Source: an uncultured Collinsella sp.
GTDB lineage: Bacteria > Actinomycetota > Coriobacteriia > Coriobacteriales > Coriobacteriaceae
DNA length: 64,000 bases
Direction: 5' to 3'
Assembly: GCA_900541015.1 (NCBI GenBank)
Contig: UQIB01000001.1
Coordinates: forward strand, 23,519-87,518
Position 1 is the stretch's first letter. Each line of letters begins with the position of its first letter. The notes beneath the pieces were generated by a model that searched no databases, was not told the origin of the DNA, and worked only from the letters and a program-made list of their open reading frames with translations. Both the position numbers and the translations under genes were made by a program. Positions 22,384 to 34,233 of this stretch are shown here, in pieces.

Positions 22384-22547
22384 TAGCTAAAATGCCCGTC
22401 TATATAAGACTAGCTAAAAATAATGCACGATATTGGTAAAGCGATTTAGCAAGAAACTGGCATTTGACCTGTAAGCTTCCTGCATTGGTATCTTCATAAG
22501 GTAACCACCTTTACCTACCGTTTACCGCCACATTTACCACGTTTACC
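22384..22547. promoter_or_regulatory. repeat-rich, AT-richer control region upstream of ppdK: TAGCTAAAA direct repeats, a TTGACC/TGgTATCTT promoter-like element, and a phased TTTACC array with inverted GGTAAA/GGTAAC copies
   Basis: TAGCTAAAA at 22384 and 22411; TTTACC at 22510, 22521, 22533, 22542; GGTAAA at 22435; GGTAAC at 22500. Confidence 0.45.
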
Positions 22548-22669
22548 AAACCCCGCGCCCTCTACGCAAGCCCGCTCAATGCCCGCCGTATAGTACCCTC
22601 ACGGCCCGCATCCGGCGGGTCGATTCGTCACCACGGTCGTGCGCGAGAGTGCATGGAAGGGGAAGTATC

Positions 22670-25420
<2,751 letters not shown>

Positions 25421-25532
25421 CGTTTTGGGTTTAGACGCCTAGCGTAGCCCCCCTCATGCCGTCCGTCTCATTCGTGAGGCGGGCGGCTATCATGTGCGGG
25501 TTTTGTCTTTTTGTCTGCGTAAAAAATTGTTC

Positions 25533-25560
25533 TTGCAGCAGAAACCCGCGCGTGTATACT
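25533..25560 (+). promoter_or_regulatory. candidate sigma-70-type promoter for rplS (TTGCAG, 16 nt spacer, TATACT), followed by a GTGCCG...CGGCAC leader hairpin
   Basis: Hexamers read directly from sequence; no experimental support. Confidence 0.3.
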
Positions 25561-25629
25561 CGAATACGTTTGTTCAACTACGTGCCGGCCAAGGTGGTAC
25601 GGCACCTCTAGAAGAGTAAGGAATTGCAC

Positions 25630-25971
25630 ATGGATTACATCCGCGCAATCGAGCGTCAGCAGATCCGCGAGGACATTCCTCAGGTTCGCGTCGCCGACAA
25701 CGTCAAGGTTCACTACCGCATTAAGGAAGGCGACCGCGAGCGCATCCAGGTCTTCCAGGGCGACGTCATCCGCATGGCCGGCGCCGGTGCCCGCGAGACC
25801 TTCACCGTCCGCAAGATGTCCTTCGGTGTCGGTGTTGAGCGTACCTTCCCGCTTCACAGCCCCAAGATCGCCAAGCTCGAGGTCGTTCGTCATGGTCGCG
25901 TCCGTCGCGCCAAGCTGTACTACCTCCGCGACAAGGTGGGCAAGGCTGCTCGCATCCCCGAGAAGCGCTAA
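25630..25971 (+). CDS. rplS: 50S ribosomal protein L19
   Basis: [47 protein letters not shown]. Confidence 0.93.
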   Translation: MDYIRAIERQQIREDIPQVRVADNVKVHYRIKEGDRERIQVFQGDVIRMAGAGARETFTVRKMSFGVGVERTFPLHSPKIAKLEVVRHGRVRRAKLYYLRDKVGKAARIPEKR

Positions 25972-26064
25972 GAAGATCGCAGCGTCTGTCCACTCGTTTG
26001 GACACAAGGGTCACCTTCGGGTGGCCCTTCTTTTTATCTGATTTGCATGCAAGGAGGCCCCGAT

Positions 26065-26853
26065 ATGGCCAACATGACGAGCTCGGTTTCGGCTTCGCAG
26101 GTTGCCGGCGAGCTGGCGAGCGCCACGTTTGAGGAGATTCCCGCCCTCGTGGAGCATTATCGCGAGGACCCGCGTCAGCAGGTGATCAAGGCTTGTGAGC
26201 GTGCTCTTAAGCGCCATGCCAAGGAACTTGCCGAGCGCGAGCGCGTCAACGGCATGTACGAGCTGATGCGCGAGCTCGGTGGGGATGGCGTGGTCGTGGG
26301 CGTCGACGAGGTGGGTCGCGGCTCGGTGGCCGGTCCTTTGACGGTATGCGCCGTTTGCCTTCCTATGGAGCCGCGCGTCTGGGGCATCAACGATTCCAAA
26401 AAGCTCACGCCCGCGCGCCGCGAGCTGCTCTCTGTGAAGATCGCCGAGGTGGCGACGGCGATCGGTTTTTGCCATATCGCGCCTAAGGATATCGATGAGA
26501 TGGGCATGGCCCGTGCTATCCGTACCGCCGTTGCGGGCGCCGTGGCCGATACGGGGCTCGAGCCCGACTGCGTCCTCATGGATGGCAACCCCTTGGGCGC
26601 CGTTCCCAACGAGCGCGATGTGGTGAAGGGCGATGCCAAGATCGCCTGCATCGCCGCGGCGTCCATCATGGCCAAGGTCACGCGTGACGAGATGATGGTC
26701 GAGTACGACGCCGAGTACCCCGAGTACCATCTGGCCGAGTCGAAGGGCTATGCGAGCCCCGTGCACATCGAGGCCATTCGCAAACATGGACTTTGTCCGC
26801 TGCACCGCGTGAGCTTTTGCGGAAACTTTCTGCAGACTGAGCGCCTTTTCTAG
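26065..26853 (+). CDS. rnhB: ribonuclease HII
   Basis: GVDEVGRGSVAGPL catalytic motif after a Bacillus-like ~75-aa N-terminal region; ATG 7 nt after AGGAGG (ORF also open from 26047). Confidence 0.88.
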   Translation: MANMTSSVSASQVAGELASATFEEIPALVEHYREDPRQQVIKACERALKRHAKELAERERVNGMYELMRELGGDGVVVGVDEVGRGSVAGPLTVCAVCLPMEPRVWGINDSKKLTPARRELLSVKIAEVATAIGFCHIAPKDIDEMGMARAIRTAVAGAVADTGLEPDCVLMDGNPLGAVPNERDVVKGDAKIACIAAASIMAKVTRDEMMVEYDAEYPEYHLAESKGYASPVHIEAIRKHGLCPLHRVSFCGNFLQTERLF

Positions 26854-26902
26854 GTCAATTGTGGAGACAGGGACCTCTGGGGTTTTATAAACCTGCTGGT
26901 AG

Positions 26903-26946
26903 CGGGCCGTATGCAACAGCATTGCTGCGTACGGCCCGTTTTTTGT
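26903..26946 (+). terminator. intrinsic terminator after rnhB
   Basis: GCGGGCCGTA...TACGGCCCG stem followed by TTTTTTG. Confidence 0.75.
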
Positions 26947-27042
26947 CGGCATTTGGTCAGCTTTTGGTTTGCTTCCGGTACTTACCCGCATGAAAGGTGC
27001 CCTCATCATCGGGGCAATGCAGTGTGCGGGAAAGGAGACCCC

Positions 27043-27528
27043 ATGAGTGCCGCAAGCAAAAAGAGCAAGACGCAGCAGCTCAAGGAGCGTTGGGAAAACG
27101 GCGAGCTCGACTGCGGGGCGATGACGCCCGAGTTTATCAAGGGACTCAGTCCCCGCGAGCTGGGCATGCTGGGCGAGCTGATCACCATCGACTACTTTAA
27201 CGAGCGCGGCTACACCTTGCTGGAGCAGGGTTATCGTTGCACCGAGGGCGAGGCCGATCTGGTGCTGCTCGATGAGCTCGACGATGTCGTGGTGATGGCC
27301 GAGGTCAAGACCAGACGCGTCGCACTGGATTGCAACACGCGGGTCTTTCCCGAGGAGGCCGTGGACGCCCAAAAGCAACGCCGCTACCGCCGCATCGCAA
27401 GCTGCTATCTTATGGAGCATTATCCGCTCAAGGCGATTCGCTTCGATGCCGTGGGTGTCACCATTCGCGGCGGGCATATCGCCGAGATCGAGCATCAGTA
27501 CAACGCGTTCGATTGGCAGGTTTCGTGA
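27043..27528 (+). CDS. yraN: YraN family (UPF0102) predicted endonuclease
   Basis: GEADLVLLD...VVMAEVKTR core; AGGAG RBS; conserved rnhB-yraN-comM-dprA order. Confidence 0.75.
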   Translation: MSAASKKSKTQQLKERWENGELDCGAMTPEFIKGLSPRELGMLGELITIDYFNERGYTLLEQGYRCTEGEADLVLLDELDDVVVMAEVKTRRVALDCNTRVFPEEAVDAQKQRRYRRIASCYLMEHYPLKAIRFDAVGVTIRGGHIAEIEHQYNAFDWQVS

Positions 27529-29051
27529 TGGCGTTCGAGACGTTTGCCGTTCACGCGGCCTGCATTCGTGGCGTCGAGGCGATTCACGTCACGGTCGAGG
27601 TCTCGCTTGCCGGTGGCGTTCCGGGCATTCAGATGCTCGGTATTCCGAGTATGGAGGTGATGGAGTCACGCGGTCGTATTCGCTGCGCGATGCGCTCGGC
27701 CGGCTTTGAGATCCCACGCTCGGGCATTACGGTCAATCTGGCGCCCGGCGATATTCGCAAGACTGGAAGTGGCTTTGATCTGCCCATCGCCATCGCGGTT
27801 CTGGCGGCCGATGGTCAGATTCCCTGCGACAACCTCGATCGTTGTCTTATCGCTGGTGAGCTTGGCTTGGACGGTACGGTGCTTCCTGTCAAGGGCGAGG
27901 TAGCGTTTCAGCTATTGGCTCGCGACATGGGGCTGTCTTTTATCGCCGGCAGGTCCGACCAGCATGTGCCACTCGCGGGCGTGGATTGCGGCTTTATCGA
28001 TCATTTGTCTCAGCTTGCTCATGGTATGGGCGATGCCGCGCGGCACTACTTGGATTCCGAGGGCGTCGAGGCGACCTTTGAGCCAGAGCTCGACTATGCC
28101 GACGTGCTGGGGCAGGAAGTCGCTAAACGCGGCATGGCGCTTGCGGCGGCAGGAGAACTCGGCTTGCTCATGATCGGGTCTCCGGGATCGGGCAAGACGA
28201 TGCTCGCACGCCGTATGACCGGCATCCTACCCGAGCTTTCCGTTGAGGATCAGCAGGAGGCACTGTGCATCCATTCGGTTTTGGGTGAGAACATTGATGG
28301 CTTGTTGGCGGGGCACCGCCCCTTCCGCAGTCCCCACCACAGTATTTCGACCGCAGGCCTTATCGGCGGTGGGCGCCCGGTGCACCCGGGTGAGATCAGC
28401 CTTGCTCATGGCGGCGTGCTCTTTTTGGACGAGCTTGCCGAGTTTCCCACGGGCGTGCTGCAGACGCTGCGTCAGCCCATCGAGCGCGGCTACGTGAGGA
28501 TCGTACGCGTCGACGGGGCTTTTACCTTCCCGTCGCGCTTTCAGCTGCTGGCTGCGAGCAATCCCTGCCCCTGCGGCTTTTTGGGCGATCGCGAGGTGCC
28601 GTGTCGCTGCTCGGCGGCGATGGTCGAGCGCTATCGGTCTAAACTGCGCGGTCCTTTGGCCGACCGTATCGACATGATGATTGATGTGACCCGTCCCGAC
28701 CCTCAAGTGATTATCGAGGGTGCGGAGGGCATGTCGTCGGCCGAGTTACGTGACTACGTTGTGCGCGGTCGCGCCTTTCGCGCTTGGCGCGAATCCCGCA
28801 TGGACGATGCGGATGCCGAGGCCGAGGATGACGAGACACGGTCCATTGACGGCGTCGTTTCGACCTTTGAGCTCGATGATGCGGCGGAGAAGTGTGTGCT
28901 CGGCCTGTCGAAGCGCACGCATCTCACAGGGCGTGGCATCGTGCGCCTTGTTCGCATTGCGCGCACGATCGCAGATGTCGCCGAGAGCGAGCAGGTGACG
29001 CAGGACCACGTGCTCGAGGCGGCGATGTACCAGGGAAGGAGGGACCAATGA
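27528..29051 (+). CDS. comM: Mg-chelatase-like AAA+ ATPase YifB/ComM
   Basis: Lon-like N-terminal domain, Walker A GSPGSGKTM, and C-terminal CPCGF...CRC zinc motif; ATG overlaps the yraN stop (TGATG). Confidence 0.85.
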   Translation: MAFETFAVHAACIRGVEAIHVTVEVSLAGGVPGIQMLGIPSMEVMESRGRIRCAMRSAGFEIPRSGITVNLAPGDIRKTGSGFDLPIAIAVLAADGQIPCDNLDRCLIAGELGLDGTVLPVKGEVAFQLLARDMGLSFIAGRSDQHVPLAGVDCGFIDHLSQLAHGMGDAARHYLDSEGVEATFEPELDYADVLGQEVAKRGMALAAAGELGLLMIGSPGSGKTMLARRMTGILPELSVEDQQEALCIHSVLGENIDGLLAGHRPFRSPHHSISTAGLIGGGRPVHPGEISLAHGGVLFLDELAEFPTGVLQTLRQPIERGYVRIVRVDGAFTFPSRFQLLAASNPCPCGFLGDREVPCRCSAAMVERYRSKLRGPLADRIDMMIDVTRPDPQVIIEGAEGMSSAELRDYVVRGRAFRAWRESRMDDADAEAEDDETRSIDGVVSTFELDDAAEKCVLGLSKRTHLTGRGIVRLVRIARTIADVAESEQVTQDHVLEAAMYQGRRDQ

Positions 29052-29983
29052 TGGTTGAGGGGACCTTCGAGCTGCATCCAGGTGACGCGTTGTATCCCGA
29101 GACCGTTTTGGAGCTTTCTGATGTACCTCAGACGCTCTATGTGCGCGGCAACCCCGAGGCGCTTTCGACGCCCGCGCTCTCCATCATCGGTGCGCGAAAG
29201 GCCTCGCCGTATGGTCTTGCCGTGGCAGAGCTTGCGGCGAAGGTGGCGGTTGAGGCGGGAGTGACGGTAGTTTCGGGCGGTGCGGTCGGTTGTGACCAGG
29301 CCTCGGGTTGGGCTGCGGTCAACGCCGGCGGCAAACACGTTGTGGTGCTGGGGACGGGCGCCGACGTGGTCTACCCGCGTTCGAGCGCGGGGCTGATTAC
29401 GCGCACGCTTGATACGGGTGGCGCGGTCGTGTCGATCTCTCCGTGGGGCATGGGTCCGCGCAAGTTCGCCTTTCCGCGCCGCAATCGCGTAATCGCGGCC
29501 CTGTCGCAAGCCCTCTTTGTATCCGAGGCGGGTATGCCTTCTGGGACGTTTTCCACAGCCGAGGCTGCTATGGATTTGGGGCGCGAACTTCTTGCCGTGC
29601 CGGGGTCGATCCTATCGCCCGAGTCGCGTGGCACGAATTACCTCATTGCGAACGGTGCCTGCTGCATCATCGACGAGGAATCTATCGAGATGGCTATCTC
29701 ACGCATCTACGGCACCCTGCGCTACTCGCGCCCCGATGCTCCCGGCATTGCCGACCTGAATCCAACGCAGCAGACCGTGATGCATGCGCTCATCGCCTCT
29801 CCACTCAAGGTCGACGACATTGCGGCGCTCGTCTCGCTCGATGCTGTCGGCGTACTCAAACTCTTGGGTTCGCTTGAACTCGAGGGCCTTATCGAGCGCA
29901 TGATGGATGGAAGGTATGCGCCCTCCAAGTTTGCCCTTCACGCCCAGACACCCTTCGGTCACAATGGAAAACGTGTCAATTAG
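29048..29983 (+). CDS. dprA: DNA processing protein DprA (Smf)
   Basis: Rossmann-like core GARKASPYG...VVSGGAVGCDQA...GADVVYP; ATGA overlap with comM. Confidence 0.85.
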   Translation: MMVEGTFELHPGDALYPETVLELSDVPQTLYVRGNPEALSTPALSIIGARKASPYGLAVAELAAKVAVEAGVTVVSGGAVGCDQASGWAAVNAGGKHVVVLGTGADVVYPRSSAGLITRTLDTGGAVVSISPWGMGPRKFAFPRRNRVIAALSQALFVSEAGMPSGTFSTAEAAMDLGRELLAVPGSILSPESRGTNYLIANGACCIIDEESIEMAISRIYGTLRYSRPDAPGIADLNPTQQTVMHALIASPLKVDDIAALVSLDAVGVLKLLGSLELEGLIERMMDGRYAPSKFALHAQTPFGHNGKRVN

Positions 29984-29991
29984 AAAGGTGT

Positions 29992-31335
29992 TTGCAGATG
30001 CAGTTCGATCAGGTGACGGTTATCGGTGGCGGTCTGGCGGGTTCGGAGTGCGCGATCCAGCTTGCAGACCGCGGGTTTGCCGTAAAGCTGTGCGAGATGC
30101 GCCCCCAGGTGAGCTCCCCGGCCCACCATACCGATCATCTGGCAGAGCTCGTCTGCTCCAATTCGTTTAAGTCGACCCGTCCGGATTCCGCGGCTGGTTT
30201 GCTGAAAGCTGAGCTTGAGCGCATGGGTTCAGTCCTGCTCGATTGCGCCCATCGCGCGGCTGTTCCCGCCGGTGGCGCCTTGGCGGTCGACCGCGTCAAG
30301 TTTTCCGAGCTTGTCGAGGCCGAGGTTGCCGCTCGTCCCAATATCGAGGTCGTGCACGGCGAGGTCACGCAGATTCCCGAGGGTCACGTGGTCATTGCCG
30401 CGGGCCCGCTGTGTTCACCGGCGCTGAGCGAAGAGGTCATGAAGCTCGTCGGTGGCGACGCCCTTGCGTTCTTCGATGCCGCGGCGCCGATCGTCGATGC
30501 CTCCACGCTCGATATGGACGTGCTGTTCTCGCAGTCGCGCTACGAGGAGCAGGGGAGCGGCGACTATCTCAACGCTCCGCTCAACAAGGAGGAGTACGAG
30601 GCCTTTATCGAGGCGCTTACCACGGCCGACCGCGTGGTGCTCAAAGACTTTGAGGGCGGCGATCTGTTCCAGGCCTGCCAGCCTGCCGAGGAAGTTGCGC
30701 GCACCGGCAAGGACGCCATTCGCTTTGGCGCCATGAAGCCCGTCGGCCTCACCGACCCGCGTACCGGACGTCGCCCCTGGGCGGCGATTCAGCTGCGTGC
30801 CGAGAACAAGGAGAAGACCGCCTATAACCTGGTGGGCTTCCAGACCAACTTGACCTTTGGCGAGCAGAAGCGCGTCTTCCATATGGTGCCGGGCCTGGAG
30901 AACGCTGAGTTCTTCCGCTACGGTGTCATGCACCGCAATACCTTTGTCGACGCCCCGCACGTGCTCGATGGCACCTTTGCCGTGCCCGGTACCGGCGTGC
31001 GTCTGGCCGGTCAGATCACCGGTACCGAGGGATACATGGAAGCCGTGGCGACAGGTCTGCTCGCGGCGCTCAACACCTATGCCGAGGCTATCGGTGCCGC
31101 GGGCGTCGAGTTGCCGCGTGTGGGTGCCCTGGGTGCGCTCGTGGGCTACGCGACCGATCCTGCCACCGTGGGCTATCAGCCTATGCATGTCAACTTTGGC
31201 CTGGTGCCGCCGCTCGAGGACGGTAAGCGCCGCAGCAAGCGCGACCGCTATCAGGCCTATGCGGACCGTGCGCTCGAGGCCCTCGATGCCTACTTGGCCA
31301 CGCGTTCCGACTTGTTTGGAGGCGACCGGTCATAG
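29992..31335 (+). CDS. trmFO: methylenetetrahydrofolate--tRNA-(uracil54-C5)-methyltransferase TrmFO (Gid)
   Basis: VTVIGGGLAGSECA FAD motif; ELVCSNSFKS. Confidence 0.9.
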   Translation: MQMQFDQVTVIGGGLAGSECAIQLADRGFAVKLCEMRPQVSSPAHHTDHLAELVCSNSFKSTRPDSAAGLLKAELERMGSVLLDCAHRAAVPAGGALAVDRVKFSELVEAEVAARPNIEVVHGEVTQIPEGHVVIAAGPLCSPALSEEVMKLVGGDALAFFDAAAPIVDASTLDMDVLFSQSRYEEQGSGDYLNAPLNKEEYEAFIEALTTADRVVLKDFEGGDLFQACQPAEEVARTGKDAIRFGAMKPVGLTDPRTGRRPWAAIQLRAENKEKTAYNLVGFQTNLTFGEQKRVFHMVPGLENAEFFRYGVMHRNTFVDAPHVLDGTFAVPGTGVRLAGQITGTEGYMEAVATGLLAALNTYAEAIGAAGVELPRVGALGALVGYATDPATVGYQPMHVNFGLVPPLEDGKRRSKRDRYQAYADRALEALDAYLATRSDLFGGDRS

Positions 31336-32252
31336 CCTTTGACCTGTACGACACCGTCGACTCGTTTATCGCCTATATCGCACGCGTCGAGGGACTTTCT
31401 CCCAACACGGTGACGGCCTATGGCTCGAGGCTGGAGCGCTTCGCTGCCTGGTGCGAGCGCGAGGATATCGATGCTTTCGCTGCCGACGTGCGCACCATTC
31501 GTCGCTATCTTGCCGAGCTTTCGCGTGAGCAGGTGGCTCCCCGAACGCTTGCGGCGCACCTGTCGGCTATTCGATCTCTCTATCGCTGGATGGCTGCCGA
31601 GGGGATTGTCGAGGGCGATGCGGTCTCGGCGATCGCATCGCCCAAGCTGCCGCGTGACCTGCCGGGTGTCCTTACGACCCAGCAGGTTGAGGCGCTGCTC
31701 AAGACGCCTGATACCTCGACGCCCGCGGGACTGCGCGATGCGGCGATGCTTGAGTTGCTCTATGCCTCGGGTGCCCGCATCTCAGAGCTTGCGGCGCTCA
31801 ATGTGGAATCCATCTCATGGTCCGAGCGCACGCTGCGCCTGTGGGGCAAGGGAAGCAAGGAGCGCATCGTTCCTCTGTATCGTCGTGCGCTCGATGTGAC
31901 GCGTCTCTATATTGAAGAGGGGAGGCCGGAGTTGCTCGCTCGGGCAAAGCGCCGCGACCTCGCTACCGGGCCGCATCCGCTGCTTATATCGGCGCGCGGC
32001 AATCGCATGAGCGCCGCGATGCTCCGGCGGCGGTTCCATACGCTGGCGACGCTCGCCGGCATTCCGGCTGACATCGCCCCGCATGCGATGCGCCATACCT
32101 TTGCGACCGACTTGCTCGAGGGCGGTGCGGACCTGCGCTCGGTTCAAGAGCTGCTAGGTCATGCGAGCCTGTCCACGACGCAGATCTACACGCATCTCAC
32201 ACCCGATCGGCTTAAGCGGGCTGTGGCTCAAGCCCATCCCCGCGGCGAATAG
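31332..32252 (+). CDS. xerC: tyrosine recombinase XerC/XerD (chromosome dimer resolution); start codon non-canonical or unresolved
   Basis: C-terminal RHTFATDLLEGGADLRSVQELLGHASLSTTQIYTHL with catalytic Tyr; conserved N-terminal SB-domain residues are encoded upstream of the first canonical start (GTG 31410) in a frame with no ATG/GTG/TTG. Confidence 0.8.
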   Translation: MAFDLYDTVDSFIAYIARVEGLSPNTVTAYGSRLERFAAWCEREDIDAFAADVRTIRRYLAELSREQVAPRTLAAHLSAIRSLYRWMAAEGIVEGDAVSAIASPKLPRDLPGVLTTQQVEALLKTPDTSTPAGLRDAAMLELLYASGARISELAALNVESISWSERTLRLWGKGSKERIVPLYRRALDVTRLYIEEGRPELLARAKRRDLATGPHPLLISARGNRMSAAMLRRRFHTLATLAGIPADIAPHAMRHTFATDLLEGGADLRSVQELLGHASLSTTQIYTHLTPDRLKRAVAQAHPRGE

Positions 32253-32471
32253 TGGCTGGGACGTCCCGCGCCGCACTCAGGTGTGTGGTTTTGATTGCGG
32301 GTTGGCAGGAAGAGGCATTCCTGCTATCATTCATCGGGTTGCTTCACGGCAACATGTTTTTATCACGCACGCGCGGCTACTTCATACCGTGGTGCCCGGG
32401 CTTTGGTAGCACATGTCCGGGTTGGTTTTGGAGGATGACCCCGCGCGGAGGCAAACCACAGGAGGTTTAAC

Positions 32472-33200
32472 ATGGCTACCAAGATTAATATCCGCACCCT
32501 GCTTGAGGCCGGCTGCCACTTCGGTCACCAGACCCGTCGCTGGAACCCCAAGATGAAGCCGTTCATCTTCGGTGAGCGCAACGGCATCTACATCCTCGAC
32601 CTCAAGCAGACCATCCTCGACGCCGACCAGGCCTACACCTTCGTCAAGAACGTCGCCAAGGGTGGCAACGTGCTGTTCGTCGGCACCAAGAAGCAGGCTC
32701 AGGAGGCCGTCAAGAACGCTGCTGAGCGCGCCAACATGCCTTACATCAACCAGCGTTGGCTCGGCGGTATGCTGACCAACTTCGTCACCATCCGCTCCCG
32801 CATCAACCGCATGGAGGAGCTCGAGGCCATGGTCGAGGACGGCCGCATGGCTGTTCTGCCCAAGAAGGAGCAGGCTGTTCTCGGCAAGGAGCTCACCAAG
32901 CTCCAGACCAACCTCGGTGGCGCCCGCGACATGAAGGGTCTGCCCCAGGCTCTCTTCGTCATCGACACCAAGCGCGAGGAGAACGCCATCAAGGAGGCTC
33001 AGCGCCTGAACATCCCCGTCGTCGCTCTGATCGACACCAACTCCGATCCCGACGAGGTCGAGTACGGCATCCCCTGCAACGATGACGCTATCTCCGCTGT
33101 CACCCTTATGTGCGAGCTCATGGCTGACGCCTGCCTCGCTGGCTCCGGCAAGGAGCAGGTCTCCGAGGCCGAGATGGCCGCTGAGCCCAAGGCCGAGTAA
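32472..33200 (+). CDS. rpsB: 30S ribosomal protein S2
   Basis: [19 protein letters not shown] signature; GGAGG RBS. Confidence 0.93.
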   Translation: MATKINIRTLLEAGCHFGHQTRRWNPKMKPFIFGERNGIYILDLKQTILDADQAYTFVKNVAKGGNVLFVGTKKQAQEAVKNAAERANMPYINQRWLGGMLTNFVTIRSRINRMEELEAMVEDGRMAVLPKKEQAVLGKELTKLQTNLGGARDMKGLPQALFVIDTKREENAIKEAQRLNIPVVALIDTNSDPDEVEYGIPCNDDAISAVTLMCELMADACLAGSGKEQVSEAEMAAEPKAE

Positions 33201-33245
33201 ATCAGTCTTAGTTAATTCTTTTTCATCTCTTTGAAAGGAACCACA

Positions 33246-34115
33246 ATGGCCCAGATTACCGCCGCTATGGTCAAGCAGCTCCGCGAGATGACCGACTCCC
33301 CGATGATGGAGTGCAAGAAGGCTCTCGTCGAGGCTGACGGCGACATGGACGCCGCTGTCGACGTTCTGCGTAAGAACGGCCTTGCCAAGGCTGCCAAGAA
33401 GGCTGGCCGTGAGACCAACGAGGGCGCTGTCGCCGCGTTCGTCTCCGAGGATGGCAAGACCGGCGCTCTGCTCGAGCTCTCCTGCGAGACCGACTTCGTT
33501 GGCTCCAACGCCAAGTTCACTGGCTTTGCTTCCAAGGTCGCTGAGGTTGTCGCTACCACCGAGCCTGCTGACGTCGACGCTCTGCTCGAGAAGCCGATGG
33601 GCGAGGAGACCGTTTCCTCCGAGCTCACCGAGATGATTCACATCATGGGCGAGAACATGAAGATCTCCCGCTTCGCTGCCCGCAAGGCCGAGAACGGCGC
33701 GCTCGCTTCTTACATCCACATGGGTGGTAAGATCGGCGTCCTCGTCGAGTTCGCCTTCGAGAAGGCCGAGACCGCTCAGGCTGAGTCCTTCAAGACCTTC
33801 GCTCACGACGTTGCCCTTCAGGTTGCCGCCGTCGCCCCGATCTGCGCTACCCGCGATCAGGTTCCGGCCGAGACCGTCGAGCACGAGAAGCAGATCTACA
33901 TGGCCCAGGCTGCCGAGTCCGGCAAGCCCGAGGCTATTCAGGAGAAGATGGCTGTCGGCCGTCTGGAGAAGTTCTACAAGCAGTCCGTGCTCACCGAGCA
34001 GGAGTTCATCAAGGACAGCTCCCTCACCATCAAGAAGTACGCTGAGCAGGTCTCCAAGGAGCTCGGCGACACCATTACCGTCGTTGCCTTTGACCGTCTG
34101 GTCCGTGGCGAATAA
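33246..34115 (+). CDS. tsf: elongation factor Ts
   Basis: MAQITAAMVKQLREMTDSPMMECKKAL N-terminal UBA-like motif. Confidence 0.93.
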   Translation: MAQITAAMVKQLREMTDSPMMECKKALVEADGDMDAAVDVLRKNGLAKAAKKAGRETNEGAVAAFVSEDGKTGALLELSCETDFVGSNAKFTGFASKVAEVVATTEPADVDALLEKPMGEETVSSELTEMIHIMGENMKISRFAARKAENGALASYIHMGGKIGVLVEFAFEKAETAQAESFKTFAHDVALQVAAVAPICATRDQVPAETVEHEKQIYMAQAAESGKPEAIQEKMAVGRLEKFYKQSVLTEQEFIKDSSLTIKKYAEQVSKELGDTITVVAFDRLVRGE

Positions 34116-34137
34116 ATAAGCTCTTGTAGCTGGTAAT

Positions 34138-34174
34138 GAGCAGGCTGTGGGTTTTACTCGCAGCCTGCTTTTTC
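34138..34174 (+). terminator. intrinsic terminator after tsf
   Basis: AGCAGGCTG...CAGCCTGCT stem followed by TTTTT. Confidence 0.75.
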
Positions 34175-34233
34175 ATGGCTCTTATCAGAGCCTTTGATAG
34201 AATGTTGAGAGTTCAATCTAAAGGAGGATCGCT

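Noticed and set aside
25457-25615. 52-codon Cys-rich small ORF (MPSVSFVRRAAIMCGFCLFVCVKNCSCSRNP...) in the ppdK-rplS intergenic region.
   Set aside because: It has no Shine-Dalgarno sequence, it overlaps the predicted terminator hairpin and the rplS promoter, and its composition is driven by T-tracts. It is most likely non-coding leader or terminator sequence.
26065-26320. ~75-aa N-terminal region before the DEVGRG motif of RNase HII.
   Set aside because: Bacillus-type RnhB proteins carry a comparable N-terminal segment, so this is not an unusual extension.
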